Source: a virus
Length of the DNA: 64,000 nucleotides
IMG/VR virus record: IMGVR_UViG_3300045136_000892
Reading direction: 5' to 3' (one strand)
The position numbers and the translations under genes were made by a program. Below are positions 27,526-36,553 of the stretch, piece by piece; the first letter of the stretch is position 1; each line of letters starts with the position of its first letter. The notes beneath the pieces were generated by a model. The model was not told the DNA's origin. It did not search any database and saw only the letters and a list, made by a program, of their open reading frames with translations.

Positions 27526-27736
27526 TTGCTACCAAGGAGTTATGGCCAGAACAGCTTAGAGGAACGCGGCGGTTTGGCAAGCGATTCTACCGCCCCGCCA
27601 TGCCCTCAACCACCCGCTGGTGAGGCTGGTGCATAATGGCGTGAGAATCACGATGCCGCGTCTCTCCCCTGGTGATTATGCAAGCCTTGTTTTGGAGTCC
27701 GGGCCAGGCGCAGAACGCACTGGAGCTGTAGCCCGG

Positions 27737-28948
27737 TCAGCCCGGCGCGACGGGTGGGGTCCTCGGCGGGGGATTCTGGGTCCGTTGGCTGGCCGGGCTC
27801 GGGCAGAAGTGCTTGAAGTCGCAGGCAACGCAATCCCGCTCCTCGCCGCACGGCTGCCAGTTGTTAGGGATGTTCCCCGAATTGTGCTCCTGCATGGCCG
27901 ATAGCTCGATCTGCTCGACCACCTGGTCGATCTGGGCCACTGCGTTCAGCACCTGGGCATCGGAGACGTCGATGACCCTGATCGCGCGCCGGAGGCGGAA
28001 GCCGATCGATAGTTGAGGAGCTGGCACCCCGGGGCCCGGCTGCCATTGGTGCAGGGCGTAGTAGTCCGCCGAGCCGTTCTGAGGCACCACATCCGTACGG
28101 CCGTGCCTGACCTCCTGCTGCAGCTCTTCCAGGTCGGTGCGTGACGGCCGAAGCTCATTGATGTAGATGAGCAATCCGGCGCCTATAGGCCTCGCCTGCG
28201 GCACCTGGCGGCAGAGCCACGCATACGTCTGGACTTGCCACTCCTCGTGCTCCCAGTGAGACGATGTGGTCGCTCCAGGGACGGGCAGGCGGGGGCGGCG
28301 GGCCGCCTTGTAATCCACGATGAGGTCGTAATCCGGCTCGGACACGGTCGCGATGCTGTTGACCAGTTGCACGAGGGGATTCGTTGGCTGCGTGCTCATG
28401 CCGATGCTCGATATGACGTCGACCACGCCCGACAACTCGTATCGGTCGGCGCCACCCCGGGCCGGGTTCCCTCCGCCAGGCAGCGGTGGCATTGCCCGCG
28501 TGCCAGAGATCCTGTGTTCGGCGGCAGTGATCAGCGGGAAGAGGTGCGGGGCGAGGATATTGATGGCCGCCTCGACTCGCGCGTAGGCCGAATCCCTGGC
28601 AGCCTGGCTCCGCGGCCGTTTCCCGCTGGCGGCCAACCGTGCCTCCACCATATCCCCGAGGACGCCGATGTCGTGAGGGGGCCGCGCCGGCGGCGTGGGC
28701 GGAGGCGGCCAAGGCGTCTGGTTGCAGGGCCAGGGGAAGGGCGTCTGGTACGCCAGCCAGTGCCGGTAAGCCTCCTCCAGAACGCTATGGACGAATTCGC
28801 CCGTCCACATCTGCACGGGACGCGACGGCGGCAGCGAGCTGCCATTGTAGTAACGGTATTGCAGCGCACAGCGCTGAAAGGAAAGGATATCCCCTGTAAG
28901 GCTATAATTCGGGACCTGGAACGGCATCCCGCGCGTGCCCAAAGCCAT
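27737..28948 (-). CDS. PD-(D/E)XK nuclease, AddB/Cas4-like with four Cys
   Basis: SFQRC, GVVD..IVDYKA..QVQTYAW, CVACDFKHFC. Confidence 0.85.
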   Translation of the reverse strand: MALGTRGMPFQVPNYSLTGDILSFQRCALQYRYYNGSSLPPSRPVQMWTGEFVHSVLEEAYRHWLAYQTPFPWPCNQTPWPPPPTPPARPPHDIGVLGDMVEARLAASGKRPRSQAARDSAYARVEAAINILAPHLFPLITAAEHRISGTRAMPPLPGGGNPARGGADRYELSGVVDVISSIGMSTQPTNPLVQLVNSIATVSEPDYDLIVDYKAARRPRLPVPGATTSSHWEHEEWQVQTYAWLCRQVPQARPIGAGLLIYINELRPSRTDLEELQQEVRHGRTDVVPQNGSADYYALHQWQPGPGVPAPQLSIGFRLRRAIRVIDVSDAQVLNAVAQIDQVVEQIELSAMQEHNSGNIPNNWQPCGEERDCVACDFKHFCPSPASQRTQNPPPRTPPVAPG

Positions 28949-28963
28949 GTTCCGCTCCTCCGG

Positions 28964-31348
28964 TCAGATGAGAGCTACAGTGCCAGCAGGGCAGTTCTGG
29001 CTCCATTGGTTCGCCGGCACGAACGTCAGCCCACGCGAGCCGTCGCTCAGGTTGCCTGCCGAGATGCAGGGTACCGGGCTGACGCGGATCTGCGTGGTGA
29101 GGCCGGCGAGGAGCAGTACGTTCTCGGGTCGGCTGTAGGCGACGAAGTAGAGCCGCCGGATGTCGTCCCAGGCGCGGTCAAGGTCGGACCTCGTGGTCCG
29201 GAGCGCCCCGATCGGACAGTATTGCGCCACGTCCGATTCGACAACGTGAACGCTGTCGCCCTGGTCGGGGCAGCGAGCACGGCGCTGCGTATGGTGGTTC
29301 GTCCTGAAATCACTCCCGACATCGACGATGACCAGCGGAAATTCGAGCCCCTTGGCCTGATGCACCGTCATCAAGGGGAAGTAATTCCTAGGCACATACG
29401 GCATGATCTCTTCGTCGACGTCCACGCTCTCCGTTGCGAAGGACTCGAAAACGGCACGGATAGCCTGCTGCACGGAATTGGCATCGTGCGGCGGATTCCC
29501 GTGCAGGATCTGCGCGCTGTAGGAGGACATCTGGCCGACCTCCGAAATCGTCCTGGCTACGGCCTCCAGATAGACCTGCCCCTCGGGGTTGTCCTGGAAT
29601 TCGGGGAACCATGTGGTGAGCGTGAACATGAGCTCCAGAAGCGGCCATTCCCGGGGCCAGTTCGCCGTGCCGGTGCGTGGCGTGCGGGTCCGCCAGTCCT
29701 GGACGAACTGGCCAAGGCCGCCCGGCGCGGGATTGGTGGCGATGAAGGCTTGAGCCGCCGCACGCCAGGCCATCATCCTCGCGCGGACAGCCTGGCTCAT
29801 CGACGTCGCCGGAATGGCACCGAGGACCGTGGCGTTCGGATCGATGCACTCCAGCCCCAAGCCGAGCAGCCGTTGCACCGCCGGAATGTCGCTGAGCGCC
29901 TGCCCGCGGGGGTTGAACGTGCTGATCCCCCGGGCCTGCAGCGATTGCCGCATCATGAGCGGTAGTCGGTCTCGTGGATTGTTGCCGCCTGTCCTCTCCC
30001 GGACGGAGTGCGCCAGCAGCACGCTATCCCCGAAGTCGCCGCCCGGCGGTGAGGTGATGGTGAACGTCGCGTTGGCGCAGGCGACCTGACGACCCGGACC
30101 CCGGAAAATATCCCAGAGGAATTGGGTCAGGTCGCCGGCCAGCGTCTGGACGTCGGTCCTGAACATGCCGAGGATTGGCACGTTCCTGGTTGGATGCGTG
30201 GCGTGTGGTGCCGAGGCGACGAGCGGGACCTTCCCCGGCGCGCGAGCGGGCAGGAAGCCTGTGTCCATCGTGATGAAGTGCTGGCAGAAATTCACCACGC
30301 GCTGCGTCGAGCGGTAGTTCCTGAACAGGTCGACGCGGTTGGGCGCCCAGGCCGGGCCCAGGGCTTGCACGATCCGACTCTGGAAATTGGCAAAAATCTC
30401 TACCGTGGCCCCACGGAATCGGTAGATGGACTGGTCATCATCGCCGACGACGGTCAGGCTCGCGTTGCTGTGACGACACAGCTCCAGATAGATCTGCTCC
30501 TGGAGGTAATTGGTGTCCTGAAATTCGTCGATCAGCAAGGCGTCCAACCCGTCGACGACGGGGCCAAGTTGGCCAGTCTGCAGTCGCTCAAGCACCAGGT
30601 GCTCCAGCCGCCCAAAATCCGCCAGATAATTCGCGCTCAGGTAGTTGAAGTAGTCGTTGATGGCGTCCACCAGCACCTGACGACCCGAGCCGGCCGCCGC
30701 ATAGGCGGCCATGTCGATGAGGTCGTGTCGCATGCGATCGGCAAAGCCGGCGACCGCCCGCAGCTTGTCAGCCAAGGAATTATTGAAGTTGGACGTCAAC
30801 GACAGGGCGTTCAGCAGGGCGTCTAGCTGGGGATCGCGGAAGCGGCCTTGGGGGAATAGGGCGTGACGCCGCATGATGCTCTTCGCCAGAAACCCCTCGA
30901 TCGTCGCCGGGATGATCTCGCCGGGGGCGCGGCACTCGACAAGGAATTCCTCGGCCAGCGAGTCCAGCGTGCCCGTCCGCAGCGCGTTGACGTCGATATT
31001 CCGGAGCCATGCCTCCCGGGCCACGTCGTGACTCGCCGCCGAATCGGCTACGGCGCGATTCATCACCGCGTAGCCCCACGACAGGGCCCGCGAGCGCAGT
31101 TCGCCCGCCGCTTTCCTCGTAAAGGTCGTGGCGATTATCCGACCCGGGGCAATCTGGTCCACCAGCATCAGCTTGAGCATTCGCAGAACCAGCACGGTCG
31201 TCTTGCCCGCGCCCGGTCCCGCCACAATGAAAGTGGGCGGGGTTGGGGGTGCCTGGACGGCCTGGTCTTGCTCCGCGTTGAGCCAATTCTGCTGGAATCG
31301 CGGGATGACAGCCCGCACGGTCGCTACAAATTCGGGGTAACTGAGCAT
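28964..31348 (-). CDS. UvrD/Rep SF1 helicase
   Basis: AGPGAGKT, TFTRKAA, IDEFQD, VGDDDQSIYRFRGA, NYRS, TVHQAKGLEF, RLYFVAYSR. Confidence 0.92.
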   Translation of the reverse strand: MLSYPEFVATVRAVIPRFQQNWLNAEQDQAVQAPPTPPTFIVAGPGAGKTTVLVLRMLKLMLVDQIAPGRIIATTFTRKAAGELRSRALSWGYAVMNRAVADSAASHDVAREAWLRNIDVNALRTGTLDSLAEEFLVECRAPGEIIPATIEGFLAKSIMRRHALFPQGRFRDPQLDALLNALSLTSNFNNSLADKLRAVAGFADRMRHDLIDMAAYAAAGSGRQVLVDAINDYFNYLSANYLADFGRLEHLVLERLQTGQLGPVVDGLDALLIDEFQDTNYLQEQIYLELCRHSNASLTVVGDDDQSIYRFRGATVEIFANFQSRIVQALGPAWAPNRVDLFRNYRSTQRVVNFCQHFITMDTGFLPARAPGKVPLVASAPHATHPTRNVPILGMFRTDVQTLAGDLTQFLWDIFRGPGRQVACANATFTITSPPGGDFGDSVLLAHSVRERTGGNNPRDRLPLMMRQSLQARGISTFNPRGQALSDIPAVQRLLGLGLECIDPNATVLGAIPATSMSQAVRARMMAWRAAAQAFIATNPAPGGLGQFVQDWRTRTPRTGTANWPREWPLLELMFTLTTWFPEFQDNPEGQVYLEAVARTISEVGQMSSYSAQILHGNPPHDANSVQQAIRAVFESFATESVDVDEEIMPYVPRNYFPLMTVHQAKGLEFPLVIVDVGSDFRTNHHTQRRARCPDQGDSVHVVESDVAQYCPIGALRTTRSDLDRAWDDIRRLYFVAYSRPENVLLLAGLTTQIRVSPVPCISAGNLSDGSRGLTFVPANQWSQNCPAGTVALI

Positions 31349-31356
31349 CGTGGGCC

Positions 31357-33105
31357 CTAGGGATTCCGGCTGGTAACGCGCTCAAAGAGCCGGAGCGTGT
31401 TGTGCGCTCCGCGCCGCTTGTTGCGATTGATGCCTCGAAAGATCAGGACCTCTATCCCAAGGTCCTTGCAGACTTTGCAGCGGCAGGCCTTCCACGGCCG
31501 CTCCTCCAGCGTCTTCCGGTAGGCGTCGATCAGGCTGTCCCCCAGCAATTCGGCGCGGGAAAGCAGCCTGTCATAGGCGAGCACGGCCGAGAGGGCGGAA
31601 TCGATCGACGTTTCCCCTCGGTCGTATGCACGGAGTTGGCGGAGAGCGCTCTTTTCGAGCCCGCGCAGCTTCGCTTCCGGCACCCCGGACGACTGCAGCC
31701 GCTTCAAGGTGCGGGGGTCGCTGAGCGGTGGTACCCTAATCGCTGCGTACCACCGTCCGTCGACGCCGAGGTAATTCTGGTCGGACCTGAGCCATGCCTT
31801 TCGGAAGTAGGTGGCGCTGTCAAAGCTCCCCACCTCGCACTCCCTGAAGTGGCCCTGAAGTGACGGGCGGAAAACGCCGAGCAAGTGAATCCAGGGCCTG
31901 ATCCTGGTCTTTGATAGCTTGCCATGAACCGCCTTGACGATCTCAAGCACCTCGGCGTCGGACCTCGGCACGAGGCCGCCCAGGGCGATGTGGCGATAGC
32001 CCATCTCCGAATATAAGCCGACCTGGTTGGCGTAGCTCTCGGCGTCCAGCCCCTGAATGACGCCGACTGGCGTGAAACTCGCCGCCCGCTCACGATGGGT
32101 CTGGATGAACCGTTCGGCGTTGTCCTGGGTGAGCCTCACCCTCGCCGTGCGCTCGGCCTCGGAAAGCGACCGCTTACCGTTCGGCGTGACGATCTCGGGA
32201 ATGGGGATGTGGTCGACGCTCGCCCCTAGGTCGAAGTCGTACAGGTCGTAGAGTGTCACGGCCTGTTCGACAGAGATGGTCGGCGCTTCCTCATTCGCAT
32301 AGGAGAAGGCCCCGCAGTCACCGAACGCCCACTGGTCGTCATGGAGGTTGTAGAAGTCCCTGACCGACCGCGGAGCCAGGGAGTCCTCGCTGTCCTTGCC
32401 GACCCGCTTCAGCAGGCCCTTGGTGCCCAGATTCTGGGCGAGGCTCACCAGGACTCCATCGCACAGGCGCTTCGGCCGCATCAGGCCGATGCTGTGCTGC
32501 TGCCGGCGCGACGCGCGCTGGCTGTGGGAAAAGCGGTCGTTCTCGAAGTCGTAGTCCAGGTCGAGGAAATCATCCCAGTCGGGAAGGAAGTAGAGCGGCC
32601 GCCCCAGCCTTGGCAGGTCGGCGACCCGCCGGGGCTTGGTCGGCACGATCTCCCGGAGCATGCTGCGGAGCCGGCTCAGCTTCATCCCGATCGGCCCATC
32701 GACTACCTGGACCGTCGGGCGAGGCGCCCGTAACAGATCGGGGGATATGCCGAGCAGGTAATCCTGCCCCAGCAGCAGGTCGATCCGGGCATGGGAGCCG
32801 GCCCAACCACGAAGCGTGCTGGTGACCGAACCGCCCAGTTCCGCAGCCCGCTCCGGCGTCATCCGCTGGTCGTAGGTCGAGATGGGGGAGACGCCCCCGA
32901 TCATCCCGTACTTGGCGGAAAGGACCGCGATCGAGAGGGTAGAGGGCCAGCGGAACTCACGCAGGAACGAGCGGAGCACCCGGAATGTCGGGCCGTCATA
33001 GAGGCTGACCGCCGGGAGGAGACACTCGGATTTCCGCTTAACTGCTGAGCAGCCCAGGACGATGAGCCGTTTTGCTCCGGTGGTGGAGGGCGCTGCTGGC
33101 GGCAT
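31357..33105 (-). CDS. dpdA: DpdA-like guanine transglycosylase with N-terminal DUF6884-like domain
   Basis: YFLPDWDD, GDCGAFSY, VDH, GVIQG, ALGGLV, HLLGV, SFDS, CRCKVC..HN; N-domain LGCSAVK..LYDG..LSAKYG; start uncertain. Confidence 0.8.
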   Translation of the reverse strand: MPPAAPSTTGAKRLIVLGCSAVKRKSECLLPAVSLYDGPTFRVLRSFLREFRWPSTLSIAVLSAKYGMIGGVSPISTYDQRMTPERAAELGGSVTSTLRGWAGSHARIDLLLGQDYLLGISPDLLRAPRPTVQVVDGPIGMKLSRLRSMLREIVPTKPRRVADLPRLGRPLYFLPDWDDFLDLDYDFENDRFSHSQRASRRQQHSIGLMRPKRLCDGVLVSLAQNLGTKGLLKRVGKDSEDSLAPRSVRDFYNLHDDQWAFGDCGAFSYANEEAPTISVEQAVTLYDLYDFDLGASVDHIPIPEIVTPNGKRSLSEAERTARVRLTQDNAERFIQTHRERAASFTPVGVIQGLDAESYANQVGLYSEMGYRHIALGGLVPRSDAEVLEIVKAVHGKLSKTRIRPWIHLLGVFRPSLQGHFRECEVGSFDSATYFRKAWLRSDQNYLGVDGRWYAAIRVPPLSDPRTLKRLQSSGVPEAKLRGLEKSALRQLRAYDRGETSIDSALSAVLAYDRLLSRAELLGDSLIDAYRKTLEERPWKACRCKVCKDLGIEVLIFRGINRNKRRGAHNTLRLFERVTSRNP

Positions 33106-33651
33106 CTGCACAATCCCCGGGCCTCGCCTCAGTCGCGTGGGGCCAGCCTTCGTATAGTCTCTAAACTGCGTGGCGGCATGACAATTTTGCGTCACGGACG
33201 AAGCCGCCGCAAGCGAGTAGCTGGAGTACTCCCTGCATGCACGCCGCCCCGTTGTCGGCCCGAACTTCCCCGTTCCGGTGAGGGCGCGCCACGCCTGCAG
33301 CGAGTCCATGCCAGACGCCTCGCCCACACATCCCGCCGAGCACGCCGAGGACTTTGCGAGACGCTAAACGCAGGAACTGAACGGCCAGACGGGGTTCCAG
33401 TTCGCCGAACAATAAGCCCGGGAAGCCGTCGAATCGGTTACGCGAGGCCCAATCCCACGATAGCCAGCATGGATGGATATCCCGCTTTCCCCGCCTCAAC
33501 TTCCCGATGGCCGCCTGATCTCTGCACGTGCAGAGAAACGGTCAGGGATGGCTTGAAATCCTCGAAAAATCTGGGAAAATCTAGAAGCGGTTTGGAGCGG
33601 CGATGTGGCATCTAAGTCATTGCGAGTTAAGAATTTACGCTGCGTTCGATC

Positions 33652-33699
33652 GCAGCATTCGCAATGCTGAGGTTGAGGGTTCGATCCCCTTCCGCTCCA
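33652..33699 (+). other. 3' fragment of tRNA-Ala(CGC), probable att core
   Basis: CAGCA-TTCGCAA-TGCTG, GAGGG-TTCGATC-CCCTT, CCGCTCCA; no D arm upstream; integrase 86 bp downstream. Confidence 0.8.
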
Positions 33700-33747
33700 C
33701 TTTTCCCCGCAAGAACTTAGGGCGAGACGCGAAGTACTCTGGGACGT

Positions 33748-33769
33748 CTGACAGAGAAATCTGACAGAG
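33748..33769 (+). repeat. Direct repeat, possible integrase arm site
   Basis: CTGACAGAG-AAAT-CTGACAGAG. Confidence 0.45.
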
Positions 33770-33785
33770 TTCTCGGGGTGCGACC

Positions 33786-34982
33786 ATGCCCGGACGACGC
33801 CGCAGGGAGCCGGCCCCCTTCTGGTGGGCGGCCCGCAATTCCTACTATCTCCAGGTCGGCGGGAAGCAGATCAAGCTCTCGCCCGACCTCGACGAGGCGA
33901 GGCGCCTCGCGCACGGGATCCTGGCCGAACGGTCCACGGAGGAGCTCCCGGCCGTGATCAGCCCGGCCGGGCCGCTCGTCGTCGAGGTCTGCGACCAGTT
34001 CCTCGAGTGGTGCCGGGCCCACAAGGCGCCCCTCACGTACGAGGCCTACCGCAGGAGGCTCCAGCACCTGGTAGATGACCTCAAGGGGCATGGCGAGTCG
34101 CTCCTTTCGGTCGTTGAATTTCGCCCGCGCCACGTCTCGCGCGTCATGACCGCGCACCCCGGATGGTCGGCCAACACCAAGGCCGACTTCGCTGGGGCGT
34201 GCGGCCGCGCGATGAACTGGGCCCTCAAGCAGGGGATCGTCGAGCGGAACCCGATCGCCCACGTCGAGAAGCCGGGCCGTAAGACGCGGGACCTGATCGT
34301 CTCGCCGAAGGACCTGGAGCTCATCCTCTCGGCCGTGCTCGAGCCGACGCTCCGCGACCTGGTCGAGCTCGCCTGGGAGACCGGCGCCCGCGTCCAGGAG
34401 CTCCGGAAGATCGAGGCCCGCTTCGTCGACCTCGAACGCTCGCGGATCGTCCTCCCGCCCAAGGAATCCAAGGGCGGGCGGCACCATCGGGTGATCTACC
34501 TCGGCACGCCGCGCGCCCGGGGGATCGTCGCCCGCCTCGCGCGTGAGCGGCCCGAGGGCGCACTCCTCAGGAACGCCGACGGGGAGGCGTGGACCAAGGA
34601 CGCCATCAACTGCGCCTTCCGCCGGCTCAGGTTCCGGATCGCGGAGCTCCTGATGGAGCGGGAGGGGACGGCCCGGCCGCCCCACCCGGCCGGCGGGCTC
34701 CTCCCCGGGGCCCGGGCGGCCAGGCGTCTCGCGCTCGAGCGCTGGAAGGAGGAGCGGGGGCGCGTCGCGCGCGAGCGCGTGCCGAGGTTCCACCTGGGCG
34801 CGCTCCGCAAGGGCTTCGCCACCGAGGCCTTGAAGGCCGGGCTCGACACGGTCACCGTCGCCCACCTGCTCGGCCACAGGGACGGAACGATGGTCTCCCG
34901 GCACTACGGCCACGTGCAGCAGGACCCCGAGCACATGGCGCGGGCGGCCGCCCGGGCTAGAGGCGGAGGTGGCGCAGGCTGA
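33786..34982 (+). CDS. int: Tyrosine recombinase/integrase
   Basis: ETGARVQEL, K, ALRKGFAT, LLGH, HYGH; next to att fragment. Confidence 0.92.
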   Translation: MPGRRRREPAPFWWAARNSYYLQVGGKQIKLSPDLDEARRLAHGILAERSTEELPAVISPAGPLVVEVCDQFLEWCRAHKAPLTYEAYRRRLQHLVDDLKGHGESLLSVVEFRPRHVSRVMTAHPGWSANTKADFAGACGRAMNWALKQGIVERNPIAHVEKPGRKTRDLIVSPKDLELILSAVLEPTLRDLVELAWETGARVQELRKIEARFVDLERSRIVLPPKESKGGRHHRVIYLGTPRARGIVARLARERPEGALLRNADGEAWTKDAINCAFRRLRFRIAELLMEREGTARPPHPAGGLLPGARAARRLALERWKEERGRVARERVPRFHLGALRKGFATEALKAGLDTVTVAHLLGHRDGTMVSRHYGHVQQDPEHMARAAARARGGGGAG

Positions 34983-35196
34983 CCCGGCGACGGGGCGCCG
35001 GGGTCGCCTTGCCATCGGACGAGCTCGCGTCGACCGTGACCGCTCGGATGTACTCCTCGAGCGCGTCCTCGGGGATGCGGATGACGCCGCGCCCCAGGCC
35101 GATGCGGCAATGGCGGAGGAGGCCCGCGGCCAGGAGCCGGCGCACGAGCCCCGGCCTGGCATTGAGCCTCTCAGCCGCCTGCGCCACGGTCAGCAT
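34957..35196 (-). CDS. xis: Excisionase-like HTH protein
   Basis: MLTVAQAAERL..IRIPEDALEEYI, convergent on int. Confidence 0.8.
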   Translation of the reverse strand: MLTVAQAAERLNARPGLVRRLLAAGLLRHCRIGLGRGVIRIPEDALEEYIRAVTVDASSSDGKATPAPRRRVSLRHLRL

Positions 35197-35279
35197 GCGC
35201 GCCCCTCGAGATCGCTCGCCCTCCTTGACGCGTGCTCAACGTCTCATCATCCGCCCCGGCGACCACCCCGACGGGTCGT

Positions 35280-36536
35280 CTAGCGCCCGCTCCGTGCGAG
35301 GATCGCCCCCGGCCACGCCTCGGCGTCGAGCCGGACCGAACCCGAGAGCGACGCCGACGCCCAGGGCCCCTCGAGCCGCCGGCCGTCGAAGGCGAGCTCG
35401 TAGGTCATCTGCTCCGGCGAGATGGCGCCCTCCCACCACTCGACCCGGAGGGTGAGCCGACGCCCGTCCCCGGAGATCCGTCCCTCGAGGCCCCTTCGGC
35501 CGAAGGGGCCGTAGTGCATGACGCCGCTGACCCGGTCGCCCAGGCGCTCGACGACCTCGAGCCGCACGGGCGTCGAGAAGCCGTGCGACGGGGTGGAGAG
35601 CGTCCCCCGGAAGACCCACCCGGCCTGGAGCGCCGCGGCGCCGGGGCGCGGCGTGGGCGGGCCCTTAAACGCCGCGTTCACGGCCTCGGCCCGCACTCGC
35701 ACCACGCGGGTCGGGGCGGGCGAGGGGACGAGGGTGGACGTCTCCCCGGCCGGCGGAGGGTCCTCGGCCGGGGGCGGCGGGGTTGTGGGGCCCTCGGGCT
35801 TCCCGAGCAGCTCCTCCTCGTAGCGCCGGACGACCGCGATGAACTGCCCGAGCGTGCGGCTGAACGCACGGCCGTCCGCCGCGACCTCGGGCGCTCGGCC
35901 CCCGCCCGAGAAGATCGCGAGCGCCGCCTCGGTGTCCCTCAGGCACCGCTCGCTCTCGGCCAGGTACCTCCTCACCTCCTCGAGCTCCCTGATGAATCGG
36001 TCGGTGAGCTCGATCCGCCGCGGCGTGTCGCCGGCGAGCCGGTCGAACTCCCTGGCGATGGCGAGGTTGATGGCCCTGTGGTCGGGGTCGGCGTAGCCCC
36101 GCGCGCGCTCGCGGTAGGAGGCCGCCGACGAGGCGTAGCCCACCTGGACGATCGGGAGCTGCACGCGGAGGTCGGTCGCCGCCCGGTGGATGGCGTCGCA
36201 GTCGCCGCGCGCCGACTCGATGAGCGGGCGCATGCGCTCGGAGACCCGCTTCAGGTCGCCCTCGATCCGCTCCCGGCCCCGGTAGCCCTCGTCGAGCCTC
36301 GTGAGCCGCTCGTGGATCCGGGCGATCGCGGCCGAGATGGCGTCCCCCGTCGAGGCCGACTCGGCCACCGCCGGGTCGTCCTTCGCGTCCCGCGGCGCGG
36401 GCGTCTTGAAGGTCTCGCCCGCGAGCGCCGCCCGGGCCTCCTTCTCCGGTTGGCAGCCCGTGAGCGTCAGGGCACCGGCGAGCGCGGCCAGCCCCGCGGC
36501 GACGCTGGGACCGGCGTTCAAAGCGCGAAGTCGCAT
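35280..36536 (-). CDS. Putative lipoprotein with coiled coil
   Basis: GGAGG RBS; signal with LTG-C lipobox; the upstream part of the 978-aa track ORF is a shadow frame. Confidence 0.65.
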   Translation of the reverse strand: MRLRALNAGPSVAAGLAALAGALTLTGCQPEKEARAALAGETFKTPAPRDAKDDPAVAESASTGDAISAAIARIHERLTRLDEGYRGRERIEGDLKRVSERMRPLIESARGDCDAIHRAATDLRVQLPIVQVGYASSAASYRERARGYADPDHRAINLAIAREFDRLAGDTPRRIELTDRFIRELEEVRRYLAESERCLRDTEAALAIFSGGGRAPEVAADGRAFSRTLGQFIAVVRRYEEELLGKPEGPTTPPPPAEDPPPAGETSTLVPSPAPTRVVRVRAEAVNAAFKGPPTPRPGAAALQAGWVFRGTLSTPSHGFSTPVRLEVVERLGDRVSGVMHYGPFGRRGLEGRISGDGRRLTLRVEWWEGAISPEQMTYELAFDGRRLEGPWASASLSGSVRLDAEAWPGAILARSGR

Positions 36537-36553
36537 CGAACCTACCTCCCGGA

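Noticed and set aside
27737-28948. Cas4 of a CRISPR system
   Set aside because: No cas1/cas2 or array; coupled to a UvrD helicase
33161-33499. ORF upstream of dpdA as a fourth system gene
   Set aside because: No recognisable motif or clear RBS; possibly a remnant
33594-33699. Complete or intron-split tRNA-Ala using GGAGCGG at 33594 as 5' acceptor strand
   Set aside because: No D arm follows, and the 7-mer is part of a GAAGCGG/GGAGCGG repeat; treated as an att fragment
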